A stretch of DNA of 64,000 bases from a virus (Duplodnaviria > Caudoviricetes), in IMG/VR virus record IMGVR_UViG_3300028591_000128, positions 32,001 through 96,000 of that record. One strand, given 5' to 3'. Below are positions 6,657 through 15,326 of the stretch, in pieces. The translations under genes were made by a program, and so were the position numbers. The notes beneath the pieces were generated by a model. That model was not told where the DNA came from, made no database searches, and worked only from the letters and a program-made list of their open reading frames with translations. The stretch's first letter is position 1, and the number at the start of each line of letters is the position of its first letter.

Positions 6657-7367
6657 TTAATTTAATACTACGAATTTGTTTTTTCTTGCTTCCAACTCTT
6701 CATGTATCGATTCAAGTTCAGCATTTGCTTCTGCAAGTAATGCTTCACCATCAAGTGATACATTTGAACCATCTACTTTATATTTTGACCTTGAACGACC
6801 AATTGCCTTTTTCATATTGGCTTCGCTCATACGGATAAGATAATTTATCCAAGTCTCATTCTTTATTTCGGATACATCCTGATAATCAGGTACATATCGA
6901 ATAGTTACTACAGATGGACGTGGATCTCTGTGAGCACAATATACTACTTGGTTGTCCGGATCATACTTCCATTGGAAATCCGTACTAAGTGTATTTCTTA
7001 CTTGTGCCATAGCCATTTCTGTCATGATTGGGTCAATGTTGATAGTGCTTGTATTTCCGACTTGACTGTAAGTGTTTACAGCCGCTGCCACTTGGAATAC
7101 ATTCCCACTATCAATAGTACTCATTGTTAACCCAATCCTTGGAACTGCAGCTTGTACATACAGTACATTAGTTGTATGTATTCCTACAGAAAGTAAATCT
7201 ATTCGTGTGCTAAACGGCACTGTCTTTTCCACAGGCGTTTTCATGTATCGCTTCAGTTCCCTGAATGCAATCATTACAGCTTTTTCTACTTGCAGTTCCT
7301 CGACATTATCATTAGTAGGGAAGCCGAGCATAAAACTTACCTGGTCGACTATCTCTTCCATTCTCAT
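6657..7367 (-). CDS. Neck/head-completion protein (T4 gp13-like)
   Basis: C-terminal GRSRSKY...VSLDGEALLAEANAELESIHEEL pattern and position downstream of the capsid gene. Confidence 0.6.
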   Translation of the reverse strand: MRMEEIVDQVSFMLGFPTNDNVEELQVEKAVMIAFRELKRYMKTPVEKTVPFSTRIDLLSVGIHTTNVLYVQAAVPRIGLTMSTIDSGNVFQVAAAVNTYSQVGNTSTINIDPIMTEMAMAQVRNTLSTDFQWKYDPDNQVVYCAHRDPRPSVVTIRYVPDYQDVSEIKNETWINYLIRMSEANMKKAIGRSRSKYKVDGSNVSLDGEALLAEANAELESIHEELEARKNKFVVLN

Positions 7368-7401
7368 AATGCCCGACCTCCTATACTAATAATTTCTGAG
7401 A

Positions 7402-7899
7402 TTACTCAGTATCTGTGTCAGTATCTGTATCGGTGTCAGTGTCAGCTTCCGGTTCCGGACCAAACTTCTCGTCACCAACCTCGATGTAGAATCCCTGCTT
7501 CCACATGTTGCGAGCCATCTGAGTCCAATAGATCTGCTCTTCATAACCCTCAATCTCAAATGTGATACCAGTATTCTCTGCACCTGTCTTAGATGCTTTG
7601 TAAGCTGCAAGCTTGGCAATCTCAAACTGAGCAAACTTGCCAGTGAAAGAAGCCTGCGGAAGAAGTCCAGCTACAGAACCCCATCCTTCAACATTAGTAG
7701 CATAGATGGACTTGCCATAAGACTTTCCATCACCTACAGAACCTTCATTCTTGTAACCCTCTGTAAATACAGGAGTATCTACATAAGAGTTATTCGGAAG
7801 GAAGTAACGTGCAATCTCAGCACCATTGCGGATCTCGTCTACAATTGGACCAGTGTAAATAATCTTAACTGTTACTGCTGCCATGATATCTCCTTTCAT
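7402..7899 (-). CDS. Putative virion/head protein with a C-terminal (DT)n tail
   Basis: Codon style similar to the capsid gene, good RBS, late-type motif upstream. Confidence 0.6.
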   Translation of the reverse strand: MKGDIMAAVTVKIIYTGPIVDEIRNGAEIARYFLPNNSYVDTPVFTEGYKNEGSVGDGKSYGKSIYATNVEGWGSVAGLLPQASFTGKFAQFEIAKLAAYKASKTGAENTGITFEIEGYEEQIYWTQMARNMWKQGFYIEVGDEKFGPEPEADTDTDTDTDTDTE

Positions 7900-7936
7900 T
7901 CACACAAAGTGAATTTCTATGTAATGTAATTGTATA

Positions 7937-7958
7937 AGCTCTCACCCTCGTCCAATTA
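7937..7958. repeat. Left arm of a long-range inverted repeat (partner at 11764-11785)
   Basis: ctctcaccctcgtc (7939-7952) is the exact reverse complement of gacgagggtgagag (11770-11783); 19/22 identity when extended. Confidence 0.75.
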
Positions 7959-7965
7959 CCTACAA

Positions 7966-8634
7966 TTATATATAAGGTTGAACCATATTTGGCAATTTTA
8001 TAGATAATTTATCCGCTATAGATTGATCAAAAAACTTTGCTCTTGATGGAAGTTTTCTTGGTGCTTTCTCAGAAGAAGTGGACCAACCAAGAAGATAATC
8101 AACATGATCTACCAAATTAGGCTTTGCATTTATATAAGGTGCATCAGGTACACACTTTTTCAAGTATGTTCTAAATACCATATCATCCCCACGATTTGTC
8201 CTTTTCCATTTATCATACACACCAGACTTTGAATGATAAAAATTAAATGCACACCCACTTGCAAGTTGGTCTGGAATCCTTATACATGGAAATGATAACC
8301 ACATTTGATTTCTTTCCGTTGCAGGATTGTTGAAATTCTCTTTCTTACCATCATCGTATCGTGTACAGATTCCACAGACAATGCCATTGAACCAATCGTA
8401 AGATTCTGCAAGTTCTTTAAAATTATCTGCAATTACAACATCATCTTGTAAATGCCATGTATGTCCAGATCCTTCACACATACTAAATGCTTTCATACAT
8501 GCATATACACATCCCAAATGGTTAGAATCAAGAAAAATATCAATATTATCAACTCCCTGTGCCTTTAAAGATGGTACTAGAAATTGATGAACGTACCAAA
8601 GTCTTTGGTTACATGCATGAATTAATACTTTCAT
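7966..8634 (-). CDS. Glycosyltransferase-like protein (GT-A fold)
   Basis: WHLQDDVVI acidic motif, LVDH near the C-terminus, N-terminal beta strand VLIHA. Confidence 0.55.
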   Translation of the reverse strand: MKVLIHACNQRLWYVHQFLVPSLKAQGVDNIDIFLDSNHLGCVYACMKAFSMCEGSGHTWHLQDDVVIADNFKELAESYDWFNGIVCGICTRYDDGKKENFNNPATERNQMWLSFPCIRIPDQLASGCAFNFYHSKSGVYDKWKRTNRGDDMVFRTYLKKCVPDAPYINAKPNLVDHVDYLLGWSTSSEKAPRKLPSRAKFFDQSIADKLSIKLPNMVQPYI

Positions 8635-9038
8635 ATGATAATCTTCTTTTCTGCCGGTGTATCTTTCAAAATAGATATTTTTGCTTTCATCCCATCAAGC
8701 ATTTTTAATGCGTCATCAGCCTGTTGCACAAGGATATCCATATCTGAAAGTATACCTATTTTCGGAACATCCGGGTATATAGCATCCAAGTATCGAATTA
8801 CACTACTGACACCTTCAGCATAACCATCCTTATCTGGAAACATAATGACAATCGTATCACCTTCTGATAATTCAAATGTATCCAATATAGCACATTCATC
8901 ATCGGATAATTTCTCAAGTTTGTCTTTCACTTCCCAAGTCGAAACACATTCGTTAAGAAGTTTACTAATAACTTCCTCTGAATATAATCTACTCAAATGT
9001 AACACCCCCAAATCGTTATAATAATAGTATTCTACCAT
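8631..9038 (-). CDS. Hypothetical protein
   Basis: 135-aa ORF overlapping the downstream gene by 4 nt. Confidence 0.55.
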   Translation of the reverse strand: MVEYYYYNDLGVLHLSRLYSEEVISKLLNECVSTWEVKDKLEKLSDDECAILDTFELSEGDTIVIMFPDKDGYAEGVSSVIRYLDAIYPDVPKIGILSDMDILVQQADDALKMLDGMKAKISILKDTPAEKKIII

Positions 9039-9085
9039 TCGGATGGAAAATTTTCAACAATTTACAGAATTTTTCAAAATAGTTG

Positions 9086-9114
9086 TTGACATATATACTT
9101 ATATGATATATACT
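9086..9114 (+). promoter_or_regulatory. Sigma-A type early promoter TTGACA-N17-TATACT
   Basis: Followed by the shared leader gaacaaat..caagtatccaaaagga. Confidence 0.75.
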
Positions 9115-9160
9115 TATAAATGTAAAGAACAAATCAAGTATCCAAAAGGATGGTTCTAAT

Positions 9161-9319
9161 ATGTTTACACTTACAGTTGTTTGGTTTGATGGTGACAAGG
9201 CTGAATACAGATACGAAAATGAGCAGGATGCTCGTAACGGTGAAAGAAATATGATTACTGCTTTTGGTAGTCAGATTGCTTGGACAGGAATTCGAAAAGA
9301 AGTTTCTGTAGCATTCTAA
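9161..9319 (+). CDS. Small hypothetical protein, 52 aa (MFTLTVVWFDGDKAEY...)
   Basis: Hand translation; first gene after the early promoter. Confidence 0.6.
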   Translation: MFTLTVVWFDGDKAEYRYENEQDARNGERNMITAFGSQIAWTGIRKEVSVAF

Positions 9320-9380
9320 CCAATAATAAGATTCTTTAAAATTTATATGTCTTAGCGAAAAATGAGAGGGGATAACTGAA

Positions 9381-9551
9381 ATGAAAAGTGAAGCACAAAT
9401 TAAGGAAAAACTTGCTGAACTATATGACATAGCTAAAGAAGATGATCCAACTTTGCAAAAGTATGTTGAGCCACCACTTATTAAAATCAAGCGTGATTCA
9501 CTCAGACTAGCAATTTATGAATTGTTATGGTGTTTAGATATACTAGGATAA
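9381..9551 (+). CDS. Small hypothetical protein, 56 aa (MKSEAQIKEKLAELY...)
   Basis: Hand translation; GAGGGG RBS. Confidence 0.55.
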   Translation: MKSEAQIKEKLAELYDIAKEDDPTLQKYVEPPLIKIKRDSLRLAIYELLWCLDILG

Positions 9552-9579
9552 AAGAAGGGAGTCATGGAGGTAAAGAATA

Positions 9580-9738
9580 ATGGGGAAAAAGCGTGGAATG
9601 GGTTTGATTGAAGTTCTTACTACCATATTTATCGTCCTTAAACTGTGTGGATTAATTGATTGGTCATGGTGGTGGGTACTATCTCCAATATGGATTTCAT
9701 TTATATTGCTTGTTATTTGGTATACGTTGTTTGATTAA
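9580..9738 (+). CDS. Small membrane protein, 52 aa (FIVLKLCGLIDWSWWWVLSPIW family common in phages)
   Basis: Hand translation; GGAGG RBS; two hydrophobic segments. Confidence 0.75.
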   Translation: MGKKRGMGLIEVLTTIFIVLKLCGLIDWSWWWVLSPIWISFILLVIWYTLFD

Positions 9739-9765
9739 TAATAAAATAATAAGGAGGATTATAAT

Positions 9766-10029
9766 TTGGCAACATCAGAAGCATTAAAGAAAGCTATTAG
9801 AAAATATGACAAGGAGCATACGAAGCAGATCCTACTAAAACTGAATAAAGGGACAGATGCAGATATACTACAAAAACTAGATAAAGTTGATAATAAACAG
9901 GGATATATAAAGGGTCTGATCCGGGATGATATAAAATCTGAAACTAAAAACAGCAATCTACATGCACATTCAGAAAATGAGGTGGTAAATGATGCGGATA
10001 AACAAGACGACATTCGAAAAACACTATGA
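9766..10029 (+). CDS. Small DNA-binding-like protein (RHH-like)
   Basis: KYDKEHTKQILLKLN..TDADIL..L....NKQGYIK.LIR pattern; GGAGG RBS with TTG start. Confidence 0.6.
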   Translation: MATSEALKKAIRKYDKEHTKQILLKLNKGTDADILQKLDKVDNKQGYIKGLIRDDIKSETKNSNLHAHSENEVVNDADKQDDIRKTL

Positions 10030-10279
10030 CTACATTACAGGAATTGCACCTAAACTTATAGAAGCTGAACGCACTGTAGATGAGATCAAGCATTCAAAAG
10101 AATGGAAAGAAGCCTACGGATATTTCCAGACACTATATAACCGTGGGCATTTAAAAGAGCGTCCTACTCAGAAAAATGGATATAAGATAATCGCCGGACG
10201 TAATATGGTAAGCATATCTGATATAGAAGACATACTTACTGAAGAGCAGTTGCAGATTATCCGTGAAAGAATTTTGTAA
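9989..10279 (+). CDS. Hypothetical protein
   Basis: ORF with GAGGTGG RBS in the plus-strand cluster. Confidence 0.6.
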   Translation: MMRINKTTFEKHYDYITGIAPKLIEAERTVDEIKHSKEWKEAYGYFQTLYNRGHLKERPTQKNGYKIIAGRNMVSISDIEDILTEEQLQIIRERIL

Positions 10280-10299
10280 AAATATTTTCATTTTTGGTA

Positions 10300-10328
10300 T
10301 TGACTTTTTATCTATATTAGTATATACT
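10300..10328 (+). promoter_or_regulatory. Sigma-A type early promoter TTGACT-N17-TATACT
   Basis: Near-identical to the cassette at 2843-2940 (inverted). Confidence 0.75.
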
Positions 10329-10376
10329 TATACTTGTAAGGAACAAATATCAAGTATCCAAAAGGAGGGTTCAAAC

Positions 10377-11063
10377 ATGTGTACAGAGAATATGGATAAG
10401 ATGATTGAAAAGATTAGCAACCTGCTTGACTTGGCAAATAATAATCCTAATGAACATGAAGCATTAGCCGCTGCTCTGAAAGCACAAGAGTTGATGGCTA
10501 AGTATCATATCGAACTCACAGACCTTGACCATGATGCCGGAGTAGAAATCATAGAGGAATCATGCATGGTAGATGGATCTGGACCGTCGAAGTGGAAAGC
10601 AAAACTGGCAAACATTGTCGCAGAAAACTTCTGCTGTAAGGTATACCACAGGGAAGAACGTGGCATCTTCACTAAAATAACAAAAAATTATGTAGTATTC
10701 TATGGATATGAGCATGACGCTAGGATTGCAAAGGAAGTATTTACGTTCCTGTTCAATACCGGTATCAAACTTGCAAGACATGAATACTATGTAGCAAAGA
10801 GATCCGGAAAGTACACAAAATATGTGATGAACACCTATCTCATTGGGTTCTGTGAAGGAATCAGAGAAGTTCTTGCAAAACAGTGTACAGCACTTATGGT
10901 TGTAACACCGAAAGAAGTAATTGATTCCTATAACGAAATGTCACAGGGATTTAAGACAAAAAGATCAAAAGTAACCATTGGTGGTGATTCTGGAATCTAT
11001 GAACGAGGGATCCGGGATGGTAAGGATGTAGCAAATGCAAGATCCATAGAGCAGGCAAGTTGA
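10377..11063 (+). CDS. DUF2786-family protein (start revised to ATG 10377)
   Basis: IEKISNLLDLA..NPNEHEALAAALKAQELMAKY signature; AGGAGG RBS at ~10363-10368. Confidence 0.75.
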   Translation: MCTENMDKMIEKISNLLDLANNNPNEHEALAAALKAQELMAKYHIELTDLDHDAGVEIIEESCMVDGSGPSKWKAKLANIVAENFCCKVYHREERGIFTKITKNYVVFYGYEHDARIAKEVFTFLFNTGIKLARHEYYVAKRSGKYTKYVMNTYLIGFCEGIREVLAKQCTALMVVTPKEVIDSYNEMSQGFKTKRSKVTIGGDSGIYERGIRDGKDVANARSIEQAS

Positions 11064-11079
11064 AAGGGGTGCAAATATT

Positions 11080-11673
11080 ATGACGAAGAAAGAACTGTGT
11101 AAGATTTTTACAGATAAGGTAACAGAATATATCGAAAATGAATATGTAATCACTCCGAATAGTTTTTCAGGATCTGATGGAACAAGTCGTGTTGATCTTG
11201 TTAAAGATGATAGTTTTATCAGAATTTATATGGATGAAGAGCCTGATTTTGATTCTAATGTAGATAAAATTTACATTAGAGTTGCAGAACGAAAACTGAT
11301 CGGAAAAGAAAAGAAAAATATCTACAATATGGATATTGTCTGGACAAAGGAACTTACAACAATTTATGAACTTAGTTTCATCACCATCGGTAAGTACAGA
11401 CACCCATACTATGTTACAGAAGAAGAATATGCGGAACTTAAAGATAAGATTGCGGAAAGAACTAAACGCAGATATGAGAAATATGCATCCGCAGTACGGA
11501 ATATCTATACATTCCCTGATAGTGCAAAAGCAAAAGTACTTTCATTCATTCAGAGTAAACCGAAATGCAAATCTGTAAAACTGAAAGATATTGAAAAAGT
11601 TGAAAAGCATGTATATGATGACTTCGTAACCTACAAAGTTTACTGTAGGGGTAAAACTTATGCACTTAACTGA
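11080..11673 (+). CDS. Hypothetical protein
   Basis: 197-aa ORF in an operon with the DUF2786 gene. Confidence 0.7.
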   Translation: MTKKELCKIFTDKVTEYIENEYVITPNSFSGSDGTSRVDLVKDDSFIRIYMDEEPDFDSNVDKIYIRVAERKLIGKEKKNIYNMDIVWTKELTTIYELSFITIGKYRHPYYVTEEEYAELKDKIAERTKRRYEKYASAVRNIYTFPDSAKAKVLSFIQSKPKCKSVKLKDIEKVEKHVYDDFVTYKVYCRGKTYALN

Positions 11674-11717
11674 TGTAACTTGAATTTACTGTATAAAAAT
11701 AGCAAAATTTATACACA

Positions 11718-11757
11718 AAAATAACCACTCAAATGATATATGAGTGGTTATTTTTTA
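11718..11757. terminator. Bidirectional intrinsic terminator between convergent genes
   Basis: aaaataaccactca...tgagtggttatttttt. Confidence 0.8.
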
Positions 11758-11763
11758 TTTGTA

Positions 11764-11785
11764 TATTTAGACGAGGGTGAGAGTT
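11764..11785. repeat. Right arm of the long-range inverted repeat (partner at 7937-7958)
   Basis: See the left arm. It lies in the capsid gene 3' UTR. Confidence 0.75.
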
Positions 11786-11811
11786 TTTCGTCTTATATTG
11801 TTTGGTGATTC

Positions 11812-13341
11812 TTAGAATACACCAAGGATCTTACCAGAAACTACGGTCTCAGGTACAGTTACCTTCATAGCATACATCGTTGCAGTTCCCTGCTGTACGG
11901 AAGCATTTGCCAGACCAATTGCATCTGTAGAAACAATCGGCATGTACTCACCATACAGAGCAGAGTTACGACGAATGTCATTGCTCTTGCAGCACATTAC
12001 CCAAGTATCCGGATTGTAGTTCGGATCGCAATATACTTCAAACTGATCCAGAGTACCGGACTTGAACGGACCAACATTATCTGTAGTAGCATCTGCCTTA
12101 AAGCCATTAATCATGCTGATGTAGGAATTTACATTCGTACCAACAATCAGACGGTTCGGCTGGCTAAGACGTGTTGCCTGATATACAGATGCAGCTGCCT
12201 GTGTCAGCTTCAGTTTGAACATATTGAGATAATCAGAAGGATATGCTGCACCAGTCAGTACTGGAGATGCATCCCAGTTGAACTGAGGCTTGTAAGATGC
12301 TACTCTTGCAAGCTCTGCAAAACCTGCCGTATTGATTTCAGCAGTCAGTTCACCAATAGCAGCTTCCTTTGCTACATCAGCAATATTGGAACCATACTCT
12401 TGCTGAGCTGCGAATGCCGCATAAATTGACCAGTAGCAAGCAATCTCATGTGCTTCTGCTACAAGATTGAACTCATCCAGCTCAAGGTAACCCTTAGCCA
12501 TCTGAGCACCATACTCATAACCATAACCACCATTACCAGGTGTTCTCGGACCTACGTTCTCGTTATCATACTGATAGGTAACCTTTACATCATTACCTGC
12601 GGCAGGTGTAAACTGACCAGAAGTGATGCTTACAAGACCTGTAGAGTAATCAATATATCCGATAGCAGTCTTTGTTCCTGCATCAACAATGTTACCATTA
12701 CCATCATCAACATAATCAGTAACATTACCAGCTGCGTTGTACTTCAGAGTTACAGTGTTCGGAAGAACAGGTGTATAAGCTACTGCAAGGTTATCTGTAA
12801 TTTCAGTACCATCTGCCATCAGCTCATTCTTAACAACACGGCCTGTGAAGTTAGGATCGATACCCTGACGGTTTACAAACGGACTAGACAGAACATCACC
12901 AGCCTTTGTCTCACCCTTTGTATTCTCAGCAATAAACTTGAAGTAAGGAACAAGTTGCTGACGAGACCGCATTGCTACAGAACCATAAACATCAAGAATA
13001 AGAAGCTTCTGAACGAACATCGGAAGCAGTTCCAGGAAGTCCGGACGAGCCATGATGTTTGTTGTGTTAGTTGCTGCTGTTACGGCAGAAGCACCTCTAC
13101 GCATATTGGTCTGAAGCTGACGAGCGAACTGTCTCTGTTCAGGTGTAAGACCTGCAAGTTTTGCATTGGATACAGATGCCTTACGGTTCTGTACGGCTGC
13201 TGTGATATTTGTCTTTGCAGTAATCGGACGACGCATAGCCGGACGAGTTCCAAAAGTAGGACGAGCCTGTGCTACTCCACGAGATGCAACAATCTTACGA
13301 GTTGCAGGAGTAGCCTTATGAATAGTCTTCTTAATAGCCAT
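11812..13341 (-). CDS. Major capsid protein (T4 gp23-like, HK97 fold) with a basic N-terminal propeptide
   Basis: 509 aa; segments DVYGSVAM, AEAHEIACYWSIYAA...EINT, GTLDQFEVYCDPNY, YGEYMP; follows the prohead protease. Confidence 0.85.
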   Translation of the reverse strand: MAIKKTIHKATPATRKIVASRGVAQARPTFGTRPAMRRPITAKTNITAAVQNRKASVSNAKLAGLTPEQRQFARQLQTNMRRGASAVTAATNTTNIMARPDFLELLPMFVQKLLILDVYGSVAMRSRQQLVPYFKFIAENTKGETKAGDVLSSPFVNRQGIDPNFTGRVVKNELMADGTEITDNLAVAYTPVLPNTVTLKYNAAGNVTDYVDDGNGNIVDAGTKTAIGYIDYSTGLVSITSGQFTPAAGNDVKVTYQYDNENVGPRTPGNGGYGYEYGAQMAKGYLELDEFNLVAEAHEIACYWSIYAAFAAQQEYGSNIADVAKEAAIGELTAEINTAGFAELARVASYKPQFNWDASPVLTGAAYPSDYLNMFKLKLTQAAASVYQATRLSQPNRLIVGTNVNSYISMINGFKADATTDNVGPFKSGTLDQFEVYCDPNYNPDTWVMCCKSNDIRRNSALYGEYMPIVSTDAIGLANASVQQGTATMYAMKVTVPETVVSGKILGVF

Positions 13342-13389
13342 AATACTATTATCTCCTTTAACTTAATATTTTATAATTTTTCTCGATTC

Positions 13390-14913
13390 TTACAATGTAA
13401 CAAGGTCATCATCATCATTATCAGAAAAATCTCCAACATCAATGAAATCATCATCTTGACTTACGGATTGTTGGGAACCTACATTAGTTGAACCAATAAT
13501 AGATTGTAATTCTCTGACAGATGTAGCCGAAGTCACACGCACATCTTCGAGGTGGACGCCAATTGCGTTTGCGTATAAATTAGCATACGCATCCTGATAT
13601 TCTTGTATCAGTTTAGTTGCCGCCGACACCTCTTGTTGAAGTTTCTTAATCTTTGCATCCAGGTTAGATGTCCTACTCTCCGACTCTGTAGCTGCTGTGA
13701 CGGTTTCACGTAACTCAGAACGAAGATCAGAAATGACAGAATCTTTTTCATCAATGTCATTAGCGGTGGCTTCAATCCTCTGCTTATATATAAGGTTGGA
13801 CGTTGAAAGTGATTTATTTTCTTTAGAAAGTTGTTCATTTGCAGTAACTAAATTACTCATTTTCTTGTCCAACTTAATTTTTTCATCTTTCAATTTCGTG
13901 TTAGTTGACTGCATTATCTTGCATCTTTTCTTGGATTCATCAAGATCAGATTTAATAGATTTCATTTGAGACGCAGTAATTCTTTCAAGTGTTTTAATCT
14001 TTCTACTTGCAGAAGACTCCATAATAGCAATATGATTGTTCAGCATAGAAACTTCATCATTAAGTGATGCATTTATTTTTCTAAGTTCAGAAATCTCCTT
14101 ATGACTAGATTCACTAAGTTTATTAAATCTATCCCGTGAATCAGCCAGTTCATTACGTGTAGAAAGATATAATTGTGTGATCCCTTCAATTCTCTGCTCT
14201 TGAATATCAATATCTTCAGATTCATCAGATGTATCTTCAGATGATTGTACCTTACAATTTTCAAGTTCTTTCTTCTTAGCATCAATCATCTTGTATTCAT
14301 CAGACTGCTCTGCAAATTGAGCTTGAATGACATCAAGTGCTTCCGAAGAAGTGATAGATTGCAGATTTGTACGAACTGCCGCACATACTGCTTTGTATTT
14401 AGCTTGCTTATCCGCGTCAGTGGAAGCTGCAATAGCAGTAAATTCTGGTACAGATTCCGGATATGCTGGAAATGCCACAATGTCAAATCCACGGAATACA
14501 AATGTATCAGGATCTACAGAGTTATTGTAAATATCACCTGCACCTCTTACAGAGATACCAAATTTCACTCCGGCATCAATGAATTTCTTTACAACTTGTC
14601 CTACAGGTGTGTCAACAAGATTGAATTTCCCATAGATTTTACCATTGTCATCAATATGCCCTTCTGTCATTACGATACAAGCATTACGGAAGTCCATACA
14701 ATTAGGATCTTCAGGATGTCCACAGAACCCAATAAACCAACCATTTTCAATTCCTTCTGCATATTCTTCTGAAGCAAATACATTTTCCCAAACTTCACGA
14801 GTAATATCGAGACCATTCTTATTCGTGATATTAGAATCTGCACATTCACCTTCAAATGTACCTATAATTACCGGATTATTCAGATCAGCCGCTTTTACCG
14901 AACTTTTCTTCAT
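13390..14913 (-). CDS. Prohead protease (T4 gp21-like) fused to a coiled-coil scaffold region
   Basis: G..GHPE, DTPVGQ, GISVRGAG (catalytic Ser), FDIVAFPAY; heptad-rich C-terminal 300 aa. Confidence 0.85.
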   Translation of the reverse strand: MKKSSVKAADLNNPVIIGTFEGECADSNITNKNGLDITREVWENVFASEEYAEGIENGWFIGFCGHPEDPNCMDFRNACIVMTEGHIDDNGKIYGKFNLVDTPVGQVVKKFIDAGVKFGISVRGAGDIYNNSVDPDTFVFRGFDIVAFPAYPESVPEFTAIAASTDADKQAKYKAVCAAVRTNLQSITSSEALDVIQAQFAEQSDEYKMIDAKKKELENCKVQSSEDTSDESEDIDIQEQRIEGITQLYLSTRNELADSRDRFNKLSESSHKEISELRKINASLNDEVSMLNNHIAIMESSASRKIKTLERITASQMKSIKSDLDESKKRCKIMQSTNTKLKDEKIKLDKKMSNLVTANEQLSKENKSLSTSNLIYKQRIEATANDIDEKDSVISDLRSELRETVTAATESESRTSNLDAKIKKLQQEVSAATKLIQEYQDAYANLYANAIGVHLEDVRVTSATSVRELQSIIGSTNVGSQQSVSQDDDFIDVGDFSDNDDDDLVTL

Positions 14914-14941
14914 TATTATCTCCTTTCGAACACACTATGTT

Positions 14942-15313
14942 CTAAAGCATTTTCTTAGCAACACCTGCTGAAAGTCTAACAAGACCACCAACAAGTAATG
15001 TCTTAGCAAGTTCCTTTATAATTCCAGATTCAACAGGTTCGTCACCCTCACCTGGAACTACAACATCAATAGATTCATCAAGGTTTTCATAGGCTTCAAG
15101 ATTCGTATCCTCAACCTTTTCAACAACTTGATCGTCTACGGATACATCTGTTGAATTATCGGTATCTATTATATATAAGGATGAACCAATATTCAACTGA
15201 ATTTGACCATCTATTGTTTCTGAAATCCCTACATCAAGGTCTTGAAGTTCTTCTATTTTTGAAAGAAGATCAATAAGTGATGCTGGTGTAAATACTATGC
15301 TTTCCATATTCAT
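14942..15313 (-). CDS. Hypothetical virion-module protein
   Basis: ORF between the fibre gene and the protease, with RBS. Confidence 0.65.
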   Translation of the reverse strand: MNMESIVFTPASLIDLLSKIEELQDLDVGISETIDGQIQLNIGSSLYIIDTDNSTDVSVDDQVVEKVEDTNLEAYENLDESIDVVVPGEGDEPVESGIIKELAKTLLVGGLVRLSAGVAKKML

Positions 15314-15326
15314 TACTCCCTTCTAT

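Noticed and set aside
9134-9490. 118-aa minus-strand ORF
   Set aside because: It overlaps two plus-strand small genes that have a promoter and RBSs.
12448-13491. 347-aa plus-strand ORF
   Set aside because: Antisense shadow of the major capsid gene, with Cys/Ile/Thr-rich nonsense composition and no RBS.
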